Assembly (NCBI GenBank): GCA_050015515.1
Contig: JBEKBG010000001.1
Span: forward strand, 86,814-150,813
Reading direction: 5' to 3'
Length of the DNA: 64,000 nt
DNA from: Minisyncoccia bacterium
GTDB taxonomy: Bacteria > Patescibacteriota > Minisyncoccia > UBA6257 > 2-01-FULL-56-20
Shown: one piece after another, positions 36,880 to 47,470 of the stretch
Numbering within the stretch: the first letter of the stretch is position 1
How the letters are laid out: every line of letters starts with the position of its first letter
The notes under the pieces: model-generated
The model's input: only the letters and a program-made list of their open reading frames with translations
Databases searched by the model: none
What the model was told of the DNA's origin: nothing
Translations under genes and position numbers: made by a program

Positions 36880-37893
36880 ATGTTTAATAATAAGTCGGTT
36901 TTGATCACCGGGGGGACGGGGTCTTTGGGCAAAATGCTCACGAAGCTTATTTTGGAGCGCTATCCCGCGGTTCGGAAGGTGATCATTTATTCGCGGGATG
37001 AATTCAAGCAGTTTGAAATGGCCCAATCGTATCCCGAAAGCAAATTTCCTCAAGTCCGTTTTTTTATCGGCGACGTACGCGACAACGCGCGGCTCAAGAG
37101 AGCGCTTGAGGATGTTGATATAGTTATTCATACCGCGGCGCTCAAGCAGGTTCCTACCGCGGAGTATAATCCGGATGAAGTTATTAAAACAAATATTGGA
37201 GGCGCGCAAAATGTTGTTGACGCGGTTTTGTCGACGAATGTCAAGATCGTGGTGGCATTGTCTACCGACAAGGCGGCGGCGCCGATCAATCTTTATGGTG
37301 CGACAAAATTGGTTTCCGACAAACTTTTTATAGCAGCCAACAACATTAAGGGAAAACGAGATTTACGCCTTTCTGTCGTGCGTTACGGCAACGTAATGTG
37401 GTCAAGAGGGTCCGTGATACCATTCTTTATTAAAAAAGCGAAAGATGGGGATGCGTTACCTATTACAAGCAGAGAAATGACCCGGTTTAATATTTCTTTA
37501 AAGGAGGCGGCCGACATGGTTCTTTGGGCGGTTGAAAACGCATTGGGAGGAGAGATATTAGTTCCTAAAATTCCTTCGTATAAGATAGAAATTCTTGCCC
37601 GCGCCATCGCTCCCGACGCGAAATTGATCGAGATCGGCATCAGGGCCGGAGAGAAGTTGCACGAAGAGATGATCACGTCCGCCGATTCCTACAATACCAT
37701 TGAATTTGATAAATATTATGCGATACTTTCCGCCGACGCAAAGAAGGAAAAATATTTACAGCATTTTAAGGCAAAAGAAGTGGCCAAGGGGTTTCAATAT
37801 AATTCAGGAACAAATGATAAATGGGAAACCATAGAGAGTATCAGAGAAAAAATCAAGGAAAATAGCGATCCTGATTTTAGTTCCCTATCATAA
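36880..37893 (+). CDS. pseB: UDP-N-acetylglucosamine 4,6-dehydratase (inverting), PseB/CapD-like
   Basis: VLITGGTGSLG Rossmann motif; YGATK catalytic motif; PseB length. Confidence 0.8.
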   Translation: MFNNKSVLITGGTGSLGKMLTKLILERYPAVRKVIIYSRDEFKQFEMAQSYPESKFPQVRFFIGDVRDNARLKRALEDVDIVIHTAALKQVPTAEYNPDEVIKTNIGGAQNVVDAVLSTNVKIVVALSTDKAAAPINLYGATKLVSDKLFIAANNIKGKRDLRLSVVRYGNVMWSRGSVIPFFIKKAKDGDALPITSREMTRFNISLKEAADMVLWAVENALGGEILVPKIPSYKIEILARAIAPDAKLIEIGIRAGEKLHEEMITSADSYNTIEFDKYYAILSADAKKEKYLQHFKAKEVAKGFQYNSGTNDKWETIESIREKIKENSDPDFSSLS

Positions 37894-39077
37894 TGAAAAA
37901 AGGCGCGCCTATCCCTTATGGAAGACAATTTGTCACGAAAAAGGATATTCAGGCGGTGGAAGCCGTTCTGAAAAGCGATTTTCTCACGCAGGGTCCGCGT
38001 GTCGCCGAATTTGAGGGAAAATTCGCAAAATATATCGGAGTAAAATATGCCGTTGCGGTGACGAGCGGTACGGCCGCTCTTCATTTGAGCGCCATAGCTT
38101 TGGGGATAAATGGAAAAAGCAAGGTGATCACGACGCCCATTACCTTTGCCGCTTCGGCGAACTGCGTCCGTTATTGCGGGGGTGAGGTCGTTTTTTCGGA
38201 TATTGACCCCTCGACCGCCACGCTTGACATGGATGTCCTCACTGCTCTTTTAAAAAAATCTGCCAAAGGAACTTATCAAGGAATTATTCCCGTTGACCTT
38301 GCGGGATATCCGGTTGATTTGGAGAAAATGAGAAAAATTGCAGACGAGTTCGGGCTGTGGATATTGGAAGACGCATGTCATGCCCCAGGAGGATATTTTA
38401 CGGACAGCAAAGGAATGAAACAATTTTGTGGCAATGGGAATTATGCCGACGTTGCTATCTTTTCATTTCACCCCGTGAAACATATTACCACGGGCGAAGG
38501 CGGGATGATTACGACCAATAATGAGGAACTCTATAAAAAACTACTATTACTGCGAACGCACGGCATAACGAAAGATCCCGCGCTTATGCACGAAAATCAC
38601 GGCGGTTGGTATTACGAGATGCAGGAGCTCGGATACAATTACCGGATTTCTGATATTCTTTGCGCTTTGGGGATCTCTCAATTAGATCGGGCCGGGGAAG
38701 GTCTTAAAAGACGGCGAGAAATAGCCGACGCGTATGATAAAGCATTTGCAGGTCTGTCGGAGATAGAAATTCTTTCGGGTTCCAATCAGAAACTGCTCAG
38801 TGTCGGAGTCGGCCACGCATACCATCTCTATATAATAAGAACAAAGCGGCGCAAGGAACTGTACGATTATTTGCACCACAATGATATTTTTGCACAAGTG
38901 CATTATATTCCGGTACATCTCGCGCCGTATTACCGATCGCTCGGTTCCAAGAAGGGCGACATGCCCATGGCTGAACAATATTACGAAGAATGTCTGAGCC
39001 TGCCGATGTATCCTTCTCTCAAGGAAAAAGAACAAGAATTCGTGATAAAAACCGTAAAACAATTCTTTGGCGCATAA
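37893..39077 (+). CDS. pseC: DegT/DnrJ/EryC1/StrS-family sugar aminotransferase (PseC/SpsC-like)
   Basis: PLP fold-I sugar aminotransferase; FSFHPVKHITTGEGG lysine motif. Confidence 0.75.
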   Translation: MKKGAPIPYGRQFVTKKDIQAVEAVLKSDFLTQGPRVAEFEGKFAKYIGVKYAVAVTSGTAALHLSAIALGINGKSKVITTPITFAASANCVRYCGGEVVFSDIDPSTATLDMDVLTALLKKSAKGTYQGIIPVDLAGYPVDLEKMRKIADEFGLWILEDACHAPGGYFTDSKGMKQFCGNGNYADVAIFSFHPVKHITTGEGGMITTNNEELYKKLLLLRTHGITKDPALMHENHGGWYYEMQELGYNYRISDILCALGISQLDRAGEGLKRRREIADAYDKAFAGLSEIEILSGSNQKLLSVGVGHAYHLYIIRTKRRKELYDYLHHNDIFAQVHYIPVHLAPYYRSLGSKKGDMPMAEQYYEECLSLPMYPSLKEKEQEFVIKTVKQFFGA

Positions 39078-39844
39078 TGAAAATAGTGGCCATCACGCAA
39101 GCGCGGGTCGGGTCAACCCGTTTGCCGGAGAAGGTATTGAAAACCATCGGCGGCAAAACGCTCCTTCAGATACATTTGGAACGGACATTAAGATCCAAAC
39201 GCATATCAAAGTTGAAAGTGGCGACGACGAAGGAGACCGGCTCCGAAGCGATCGTGGCGATCGCCGATACGTTAGGCGTTGGGTCGTTTCAAGGTCCGAC
39301 CGACGACGTACTCGCGCGTTTTTATCTGTGCGCCCTGCCCGAAAATCCCGATTATGTCGTACGCCTTACGGCTGATTGCCCGCTCATAGACCCGCACGAA
39401 ATCGATAAGGTTATAGATGCATGCGTAACGGGAGATTATGATTACGCTTCCAACACGCTTGAGCCGACCTTTCCGGACGGGGTGGACGTCGAAGTGTTTA
39501 AATTCTCCGCATTAAAAAAAGCTTATCAAGAGGCAACTTTAAAATCCGATCGCGAGCATGTCACGCCTTACATTCGGCGCAATTCATCCGCGAAAGGAAG
39601 AAATCTTTTCAGGTCGGCGAGTGTCAAAAACGATAAAGATTTTTCAAAATACCGTTTGACCGTTGACACACAAGAAGATTTTGACTTGATCGAGAACATA
39701 ATTCTCCATGTCGGGCTAGACAAGAGATGGTTGGATTATGTAAACTATTTGGATGAGAATCCGGAGATAATGAAGATCAACGCCCGCTACGAGCGGAATG
39801 AGGGTTATCAAAAATCATTGCGCGAGGATCAAGAAAATGAATAA
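39077..39844 (+). CDS. Cytidylyltransferase (SpsF / acylneuraminate cytidylyltransferase family)
   Basis: MKIVAITQARVGSTRLPEKVL N-terminus typical of SpsF-like CTP_transf_3. Confidence 0.65.
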   Translation: MKIVAITQARVGSTRLPEKVLKTIGGKTLLQIHLERTLRSKRISKLKVATTKETGSEAIVAIADTLGVGSFQGPTDDVLARFYLCALPENPDYVVRLTADCPLIDPHEIDKVIDACVTGDYDYASNTLEPTFPDGVDVEVFKFSALKKAYQEATLKSDREHVTPYIRRNSSAKGRNLFRSASVKNDKDFSKYRLTVDTQEDFDLIENIILHVGLDKRWLDYVNYLDENPEIMKINARYERNEGYQKSLREDQENE

Positions 39845-41147
39845 AAGCCAAGATCTCTATAAGAAAGCCAAAACCCTTATCCCCGGAGGTACGCAACTGT
39901 TGTCAAAACGGCCCGAGATGTTTTTGCCGGATCAGTGGCCGGCCTACTATGATAAGGCCGAAGGATGTTACGTGTGGGACCTGGATGGGAATAAGTATAT
40001 TGACATGAGCTATATGGGGATCGGAGCCTGCGTTTTGGGCTATGCGAACTCCGAAGTTGACGATGCGGTTATGAACGCCATCCGTCGCGGGAGTATGTGC
40101 ACCCTGAACGCTCCGGAGGAAGTTGAATTGGCGGAACTGATGTGCAAGCTCCACCCATGGGCGCAGATGGTCCGATACACAAGGAGCGGCGGTGAGGCTA
40201 TGGCAGTTGCTATACGGATCGCGCGGGCTAAATCAGGCAAGGATAAGGTTTTATTTTGCGGATATCACGGTTGGCACGATTGGTATTTGTCGGCAAATCT
40301 TGCCGCTGATGAGGCCCTGGACGGCCACTTGTTGCCCGGTCTTGATCCGGCCGGCGTGCCTCGGGTACTGAAGGATACTTCGATTCCTTTTAATTACAAC
40401 AACACTGACGAATTCCTGAAACTCATCGAGAGATATAAAGGAGAGATTGGTGTGGTGGTGTTGGAATCAATACGAAATTTTAAACCCGATCCAAAATTCA
40501 TCAGTACGATCAACCAAGTGACCAAAAAGCAAGGGATTGTTTTTGTCGTTGATGAAATTTCAGCCGGCTGGCGGCTGAACGCCGGCGGAGCCCATTTGGT
40601 ATTGGGGATAGAGCCCGACATCGCTGTTTTCGCGAAAGCCATCAGTAATGGGTTTCCCATGGGGGTCGTTATCGGCAAAAGGGATATCATGCAAGCTGCG
40701 CAGGGAACGTTCATAAGCAGCACTTCCTGGACGGAGAGGACTGGCCCGGTTGCGGCGATCGCCACGATAAAATACTTTATCGCCCACAAGGTGCATGAGC
40801 ACCTTGTGAACGCGGGTGAGCAGGTGCAAAAGGGCTGGAGCGACCTGGCCGAAAAAAACGGGCTAAAAATAGAAGTTGGCGGCCTTGCGCCAATCAGCCA
40901 TTTTTCGTTTGAATACGAAAAGCCTTTAGTACTCAAGACGTTGTTTACGCAGGAAATGTTGGCGTTGGGGTTCCTCGCGACAACGGCTTATTACGCTTCG
41001 TATGCCCACAAATCCGAGCACGTAAAGGCCTATTTGGATGCCTGCGACAAAACATTTGCTTTCATTGCTGATGCCTTAAAAAAAGGCGATCCGGAGAAAC
41101 TATTGAAAGGGCCAGTCTGCCATTCAGGATTTAAACGACTGGCATAA
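39837..41147 (+). CDS. Aminotransferase class III (glutamate-1-semialdehyde aminomutase-like)
   Basis: YTRSGGEAMAVAIRIARAKSGKDKVLFCGYHGWHDW region typical of the GSA-AT family. Confidence 0.7.
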   Translation: MNKSQDLYKKAKTLIPGGTQLLSKRPEMFLPDQWPAYYDKAEGCYVWDLDGNKYIDMSYMGIGACVLGYANSEVDDAVMNAIRRGSMCTLNAPEEVELAELMCKLHPWAQMVRYTRSGGEAMAVAIRIARAKSGKDKVLFCGYHGWHDWYLSANLAADEALDGHLLPGLDPAGVPRVLKDTSIPFNYNNTDEFLKLIERYKGEIGVVVLESIRNFKPDPKFISTINQVTKKQGIVFVVDEISAGWRLNAGGAHLVLGIEPDIAVFAKAISNGFPMGVVIGKRDIMQAAQGTFISSTSWTERTGPVAAIATIKYFIAHKVHEHLVNAGEQVQKGWSDLAEKNGLKIEVGGLAPISHFSFEYEKPLVLKTLFTQEMLALGFLATTAYYASYAHKSEHVKAYLDACDKTFAFIADALKKGDPEKLLKGPVCHSGFKRLA

Positions 41148-41150
41148 AAT

Positions 41151-41744
41151 ATGGATGTGAGTGAAGATAAAAAGTACGCGATTTTAGAGCGACAAAAATA
41201 CGTTTTGGGCGATTATTCCCTCGTGACCATACAACCTGATGACATTGAGGATATTCGGGAGTGGCGGAATGCGCAGTTGGACGTATTAAGACAATCTACT
41301 CCCATCAGCTCCGAACAACAAATCGAATATTTCTCAAAAATCATCTGGCCATCGATGGACCTGCCGCAGCCCAAAAATATTTTATTCACCTTTTTTAAAA
41401 ATGGACAACGGATCGGTTACGGCGGCCTGGTCCATATTTCATGGTCTGATAAAAGGGCAGAATTATCCTTTCTGTTAGACCCTAAGTATGGGCACCGAGA
41501 CGACGATTATGCGAAGCATTTTTTGGCGTACATCCACTTGATTCTCGGCGTCGCTTTTGGAGATTTGAAATTCCACAGAGTGTTCGCCGAGACCTATTCT
41601 TTCCGTAAGACCCATATTTCCATTTTAGAAAAGGCCGACTTCAAATTTGAGGGTGCGATGAGGGACCACGTACTGGTAAACGGGACCTTTTTCGATTCCC
41701 TTCTTCACGGAATTTTAAACAATGAAGGAAACTCTAAAGAATAA
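41151..41744 (+). CDS. GNAT family N-acetyltransferase
   Basis: Acetyltransferase fold motifs (RIGYGGL); sits in the sugar-modification cluster (PseH/SpsD-like role is inferred). Confidence 0.6.
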   Translation: MDVSEDKKYAILERQKYVLGDYSLVTIQPDDIEDIREWRNAQLDVLRQSTPISSEQQIEYFSKIIWPSMDLPQPKNILFTFFKNGQRIGYGGLVHISWSDKRAELSFLLDPKYGHRDDDYAKHFLAYIHLILGVAFGDLKFHRVFAETYSFRKTHISILEKADFKFEGAMRDHVLVNGTFFDSLLHGILNNEGNSKE

Positions 41745-43647
41745 AAGGATTTTTGTCAGTGGTGGCGCCGGGGTCATTGGACGCGAGATGGTCGGCAAGC
41801 TTTTGGCGCAGGGCGCCGTTGTGCTTGTTGGCGATCTTAAAGCGTGCCCGTCCGAGTGGAGGGGTAAATTGCACTATCGGCAAGGGGATTTGAATTTTCT
41901 CGAACCGACGGAAATAGAATCATTCGCGCCGGAAATATTTATCCACCTAGCTGCCACATTCGAAAGATCTATAGAAACATACGAATTCTGGAAAGAAAAT
42001 TTCTGGCACAATATTCGATTGAGTAATTATTTAATGACCTTGATCAAGGACATCCCCTCGTTAAGGAAAGTGGTTTTCGCTTCAAGTTATCTTATCTACA
42101 ACCCTACGCTCTATATGTTTACCGAATCGAAAGAAAAACCGGTAAATCTTAGCGAAGACGATCCCATTTACCCCCGCAATCTTACAGGCGTAGCCAAGTT
42201 TGCCCATGAAATAGAACTGAGATTCATCGAACAGTTTCGTTCCGACCAATATAAAATTGCGATCGCGCGAATCTATCGTGGCTACGGCAAAAATTCGATG
42301 GACATTATTTCTCGTTGGATCAGAGATCTTATTGCGGATAAAGAAATCGTGGTATACAAGAAGGAGGGGTGGTTTGACTATATTTATGCTAGAGATACGG
42401 CCGAGGGTCTTATTCGTTTGGCGATGTCTGCCGACGCAAAAGGTATCATTAACTTGGGAACTGGAAAATCGAGAAGGGTTGCAGATGTCCTCGATGTGCT
42501 CAAGAGATATTTCCCGAACATGAAAGTGCGCGAAGAGGATTCAGATATTTTGTACGAAGCCTCACAGGGAGAAATTTCCAAATTAATCGATCTGACGGGA
42601 TGGCGGCCCGAATATAGTATCGATACTGCGATACCAGAGATGATAGAATTCGAGAAAAGAAAGAAAACCGAACCAAAGACACCCTCTCTGGGAAACGTTC
42701 TTATTTGCAGCGCGTCCCGTAAAATTCCCTTGCTGGATGCGGTAAAACAGGCCGCGGCCAAACTATCCCCCGATGTCAAAGTTTTCGCAGGTGACACAGA
42801 TAACAGCGCTCTTGCATCGTTCGTCGCCGATAGTTTCTGGAATATGCCCAAAACCGACGACGAGAACACCGATAAAATACTTAATTGGTGCCTTGAGAAT
42901 AATATCAGATATGTTATTCCCACAAGAGACGGGGAATTGTCTTTCTGGTCAAGGAATAAGTCGTCGTTTCTCTCGCGCAATATTCATGTGATGATTTCTA
43001 GCGAGGAAGCGGTTGATAGATGCGTGGATAAACTCAAATTCAGTGAATACTGTTCCTCAGCGGATATTCCGGCGATTCCGTCTTACTTGAAAATAGATGA
43101 TTGTCACAGTGACCTTTATGTTGTGAAGGAAAGAAGGGGCGCGGGATCTGTCTCCATTGGTATCGGGTTGAAATATAACGAGGCGAAGAAACATGCTACA
43201 AACCTCAGCGAGCCAATTTTTCAGCCTTTTATAAAGGGAGTTGAAGTCAGCGTGGATGCTTACATAGATAAGCAAGGAGCCGTTCACGGTGTCGTGCTTC
43301 GGAGGAGGGATAAAATAGTTGATGGTGAATCTCAGGTTACGACTTTGATAAGGAATGAAAAAGCCGAGATATTGCTTCCGGGGATAATAAATAAACTGGG
43401 CCTTTACGGCCACGTCATCCTGCAAGCGATTATAGATGAGCACGACATGATACACATCATCGAATGCAATTGCAGATTCGGAGGCGCGTCGACACTTTCC
43501 GTTAAAGCCGGACTCGATTCGTTTTACTGGTTCTTCCTCGAAGTGCTTGGTCAAGATTTGCACGATTATCCTTTCACTGTGATCTATAACCAAATAAAGC
43601 AAATTCGTGTTCCGCAGGACATCTACCTCTATGGTTCTGATTTTTGA
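41722..43647 (+). CDS. Fusion protein: N-terminal NAD-dependent epimerase/dehydratase, C-terminal ATP-grasp domain
   Basis: VSGGAGVIGREMVGKLL Rossmann motif plus YRGYG; C-terminal half has the ATP-grasp pattern (ILQAIIDEHDMIHIIECNCRFGGAS). Confidence 0.6.
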   Translation: MKETLKNKRIFVSGGAGVIGREMVGKLLAQGAVVLVGDLKACPSEWRGKLHYRQGDLNFLEPTEIESFAPEIFIHLAATFERSIETYEFWKENFWHNIRLSNYLMTLIKDIPSLRKVVFASSYLIYNPTLYMFTESKEKPVNLSEDDPIYPRNLTGVAKFAHEIELRFIEQFRSDQYKIAIARIYRGYGKNSMDIISRWIRDLIADKEIVVYKKEGWFDYIYARDTAEGLIRLAMSADAKGIINLGTGKSRRVADVLDVLKRYFPNMKVREEDSDILYEASQGEISKLIDLTGWRPEYSIDTAIPEMIEFEKRKKTEPKTPSLGNVLICSASRKIPLLDAVKQAAAKLSPDVKVFAGDTDNSALASFVADSFWNMPKTDDENTDKILNWCLENNIRYVIPTRDGELSFWSRNKSSFLSRNIHVMISSEEAVDRCVDKLKFSEYCSSADIPAIPSYLKIDDCHSDLYVVKERRGAGSVSIGIGLKYNEAKKHATNLSEPIFQPFIKGVEVSVDAYIDKQGAVHGVVLRRRDKIVDGESQVTTLIRNEKAEILLPGIINKLGLYGHVILQAIIDEHDMIHIIECNCRFGGASTLSVKAGLDSFYWFFLEVLGQDLHDYPFTVIYNQIKQIRVPQDIYLYGSDF

Positions 43648-44293
43648 TTTGGATGACACGCTCTATGACGAGAATGCTTTCGTAAAAAGCGGCTTCAAGG
43701 CCGTTGCTCGCTATGTCTCGGGGGTTACCGGGATAAGCGAGAAAAAACTTTATTTAAGGGAACTACGGCTGTTGGCGCTTTATGGGAGGGGAAAAATTTT
43801 TAATACCTTGCTGGAAGAGCATTCGGTTCTTACTCACAAAAACGTGAGAAAGTGTCTTTCCATCTATAGAAAACATCGTCCCAACATCGCCTTGTACCCG
43901 GGCGTCAGGGATCTCCTTAAAGAATTATCCTGCTATAGTAGATTGTATCTTGTGACGGAGGGAAATACCCTGGTTCAGACCGCTAAAATCAGAGCCCTTG
44001 GCATAAGACATTTCTTTAATAAGATATATATTACCAATCGCTACGGTCCGAAAGCTGCAAAGCCTGCGCTGTATTGCTTTGAGAAAATAAAACGGTTGGA
44101 AAAATGCAATTGGTCAGACGTAGTATATATCGGCGACGATCCAAATAAAGACTTTGTGGCCCTTAACAGAGTGGGTGCCTGCACAGTTCGCGTGCATTCC
44201 GGGCGCTTTGCCACCACGAAAGCAAAGCAATTTCATGGCGCAAGGTATAATATAAAAGACATCGGCAAATTCACGACAAGCATTCTTTCATGA
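43631..44293 (+). CDS. HAD-IA family hydrolase
   Basis: FDLDDTLYD motif I; downstream motifs VTEGN and GDDPNKD. Confidence 0.6.
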   Translation: MVLIFDLDDTLYDENAFVKSGFKAVARYVSGVTGISEKKLYLRELRLLALYGRGKIFNTLLEEHSVLTHKNVRKCLSIYRKHRPNIALYPGVRDLLKELSCYSRLYLVTEGNTLVQTAKIRALGIRHFFNKIYITNRYGPKAAKPALYCFEKIKRLEKCNWSDVVYIGDDPNKDFVALNRVGACTVRVHSGRFATTKAKQFHGARYNIKDIGKFTTSILS

Positions 44294-45324
44294 AAAAATC
44301 AAAATTAAAAAAGGGAGCCACTTCGACCATGGGCGAGAACGGAATGTTTATCGTTGCCGAAATGTCGGGCAATCATAACCAATCGCTCAAAAGGGCGCTC
44401 GCGATCGTTGATGCTGCAGCCGAAGCCGGCGCGGATGCGATAAAATTGCAAACCTATACCGCCGACACGCTCACCATGCGAGGCGTTTATAAAATAACCG
44501 ACAAAAAATCGCTATGGCGCGGACTTGACCTGTACGATCTATATGAAAAAGCCCATACGCCATGGGAATGGCATAAAGCGATTTTCAAACGGGCAAAAGA
44601 GCGGGGAATCGTCTGTTTTTCGACGCCCTTTGACGAGACGGCGGTAGATTTTTTGGAAAAACTACGCACGCCGATTTATAAAATCGCTTCCTTTGAAGTA
44701 AATCACATTCCTCTATTGAAATACGTTGCCAAGACCGGAAAGCCAGTTATTATGTCGACCGGCGCGTCCACGCTTGCCGAGATCAGGGAAGCGGTAAAAA
44801 TCTTACGGGAGAACGGTTGTCGCGATCTGACACTGCTCAAATGCACGAGTTCTTATCCGGCGACACCAAAAGATACCAATCTTCTTACCATTCCGCATAT
44901 GGCGAAATTATTTGCTTGCAACGTCGGCTTATCGGACCATACGTTGGGCATCGGCGTGGCGGTTGCTTCGGTTGCTCTTGGGGCGAGGGTTATAGAAAAG
45001 CATTTTTGTCTTAGCCGAGCCGAGGGTGGAGTAGATAGCGCATTTTCTTTAGAGCCGAAAGAATTCAAGTCATTGGTTGAGGAGGTGAATAATGCTTATA
45101 TGGCCATGGGAAAGGTCAGCTATGATATTTTAGAAGCCGAGAAGGGGGAACGAATATTTAAGCGATCAATCTATGCATCCCATGATATTAAAAAAGGCGA
45201 AAGATTCACTAAAGAGAATATGAAAGTGATCCGGCCGGGATTTGGCATGCAGCCAAAATATTTTGAAGCGCAATTGAAAAAGATTTCTCACCGGGCTTAC
45301 AAGGCGGGCGATCCAATAAAATGA
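44290..45324 (+). CDS. pseI: NeuB family nonulosonic acid synthase (pseudaminic/N-acetylneuraminic acid synthase-like)
   Basis: FIVAEMSGNHNQSL and KLQTY NeuB motifs; C-terminal SAF domain. Confidence 0.75.
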   Translation: MKKSKLKKGATSTMGENGMFIVAEMSGNHNQSLKRALAIVDAAAEAGADAIKLQTYTADTLTMRGVYKITDKKSLWRGLDLYDLYEKAHTPWEWHKAIFKRAKERGIVCFSTPFDETAVDFLEKLRTPIYKIASFEVNHIPLLKYVAKTGKPVIMSTGASTLAEIREAVKILRENGCRDLTLLKCTSSYPATPKDTNLLTIPHMAKLFACNVGLSDHTLGIGVAVASVALGARVIEKHFCLSRAEGGVDSAFSLEPKEFKSLVEEVNNAYMAMGKVSYDILEAEKGERIFKRSIYASHDIKKGERFTKENMKVIRPGFGMQPKYFEAQLKKISHRAYKAGDPIK

Positions 45325-46229
45325 CAAATCCAAAAAGTAAATTGGTGTTGGGCACCGTCCAGTTCGGCATGGAATACGGCATCAATAACACAAAAGGAAA
45401 GCCGTCAAGGGAGCGATCGCTTGAGATGCTGGACCTTGCTTACAAGAACGGGATCGAGATATTTGATACGGCCTATAATTATGGCGATGCCGAAGAAATT
45501 TTAGGCGAATTCTCGGAGAGCCGCGGCGTGGGCGACAAGATCAAGATCATCACGAAATTAAAAGGGAATATCATATCGGAATCCAAGGGCGAGCCGTACG
45601 ATATCATTGCCGCAAATCTGGACGAATCCTTAAAACGGCTGAAACGGGATTATGTTGACGGTTATCTTTTCCATACGCCCGCCTATATCCGGGACGAAAA
45701 ACTCGTTGACTGTTTTTGTAAGCTCAAAGAGCAAGGGCTGGTAAAAAATATTGGTGTTTCCATTTATGAGGAAGATGATGCGGTCTATGCCGCAAAACTC
45801 GACGTCGTTGATTATATCCAGGTTCCGTACAGTGTTTTTGATCAGCGTTTGGATAAGACCGATTTTTTCCAACTGGCCAAAAAGAATGGAGTGACGGTTT
45901 TTGGGCGGAGTGCGTTTTTGCAGGGGCTATTCTTTATGCCAGAGGAAAAGATCCCAGCCCATTTGGAAAATGCCAAAGGATATCTCAAGGAATTTGACGC
46001 CATCATCGACAAATATCACTTATCGCGACAACAAGCGGCTTTATTGTTCTCCTTAAAGAATGATAATATTGATTACGTGGTTTTCGGAGTTGATAGTGCC
46101 AGGCAATTGCAGCAAGATATTGATGTCTCGGCGCGAGATAGAGACTGCGAAGCGTGCATTGCGGAGCTTAAGGCAAAATTCAGTTCCATCGAAAAAAATA
46201 TAGTGATGCCAAGTTTGTGGAAAAAGTAA
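45321..46229 (+). CDS. Aldo/keto reductase
   Basis: LGTVQFGMEYG and IFDTAYNYGDAEEILG AKR motifs. Confidence 0.8.
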   Translation: MTNPKSKLVLGTVQFGMEYGINNTKGKPSRERSLEMLDLAYKNGIEIFDTAYNYGDAEEILGEFSESRGVGDKIKIITKLKGNIISESKGEPYDIIAANLDESLKRLKRDYVDGYLFHTPAYIRDEKLVDCFCKLKEQGLVKNIGVSIYEEDDAVYAAKLDVVDYIQVPYSVFDQRLDKTDFFQLAKKNGVTVFGRSAFLQGLFFMPEEKIPAHLENAKGYLKEFDAIIDKYHLSRQQAALLFSLKNDNIDYVVFGVDSARQLQQDIDVSARDRDCEACIAELKAKFSSIEKNIVMPSLWKK

Positions 46230-46732
46230 GAACAATAAAATTATGGAAGATAATCAATTCTCCCTTCAAGATGATAATTCAATTGCTAAACGCAATGCTT
46301 GCCGATAGCGGGGAGCAAAAGGCAATTTATCAACTCGGTCACTATCAGAACGATATTATAACCGTACTCTACGATCAGGAACATATAGCGGCCGTGAGAG
46401 AAAATCTGAACATCATCGCGGCGTTTAAGGCATCTCACCCGCAACCAGTCGGCCAGTTTTGATACTGACCCGATGTCGGGGGCGCAATGAACCGATATTG
46501 GGAGAAGTAATGAAATTGAGTATCTTATTTATCCGAGTCCGTGCTTGTGGCTCTCGCCCCATAGGGTGGCTTTGTGAGGCAAAACGAGCGGTTGTCCTTC
46601 CCCAGTGATGGAAATGGTAAGAGGGGAGCGATTCTCCAGGCTATTACTAATCCCGAGGAAATAAGGATAAGTTTCAGCCGCCAAAAAACTATAGAAAATG
46701 GGGGGTATCGTTCTTTACTGTAAACGATAAAA

Positions 46733-47470
46733 GTGCTAAACTTAGATTCTAGCATGGTGGTGGCCGCATTTCTCGCAAAATGGGTTATGAGCATTCCGCG
46801 AAAATATACCTATCGCATCCTATTCATTCCCGAAACGATCGGTTCCTTGGTCTATCTGAGTAAGAACATGGGGGTAATGAAGAAAAATATTATCGCTGGT
46901 TTTAATCTCTCATGTCTCGGCGATAACCGGATCTATTCATACCTCCCGAGCCGCGCCGGCGATACGCTCGCTGATAGGGCCGCGCTGAATATTTTGTCGT
47001 CCGCCGGTAATTTCAAAAAATATTCTTTTCTCGACAGGGGCAGCGATGAGCGCCAGTACAATGCTCCCGGAGTCGATTTGCCGGTTTGCAGTGTGATGCG
47101 GAGTAAGTACGGAGAATATCCCGAGTATCATACTTCTCTCGATGGCCTTGATCTTATTAGCCCCGAAGGATTATCGGGTTCCTATGAAATACTTAGAGAA
47201 TGTCTGGAGCTGCTCGAGGCTAATCGATTTTATAAAATAAAATGCTTAGGGGAACCGCAATTGGGGAAGAGGGGGTTATATCCTACGCTCAGCACGAAAT
47301 CGTCAGGCGTCGAAGTGAAAACTATGATGGATTTTATCGCGTACGCAGACGGCGCGCACGACCTTATCGAAATCAGTGACATTATACACGCTCCTGTTCG
47401 GGATTTATATCCGATCATAGAAAAACTGACGAAGGCAGATTTATTATCGGTAACTGATAATACGGGATAG
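46733..47470 (+). CDS. hypothetical protein, aminopeptidase-like / DUF4910-like C-terminal region; probably the 3' remnant of a decayed gene
   Basis: 245-aa ORF beginning at GTG directly after an in-frame TAA; upstream region in the same frame is coding-like but carries stops at 46460, 46466, 46508, 46562 and 46721. Confidence 0.35.
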   Translation: MLNLDSSMVVAAFLAKWVMSIPRKYTYRILFIPETIGSLVYLSKNMGVMKKNIIAGFNLSCLGDNRIYSYLPSRAGDTLADRAALNILSSAGNFKKYSFLDRGSDERQYNAPGVDLPVCSVMRSKYGEYPEYHTSLDGLDLISPEGLSGSYEILRECLELLEANRFYKIKCLGEPQLGKRGLYPTLSTKSSGVEVKTMMDFIAYADGAHDLIEISDIIHAPVRDLYPIIEKLTKADLLSVTDNTG

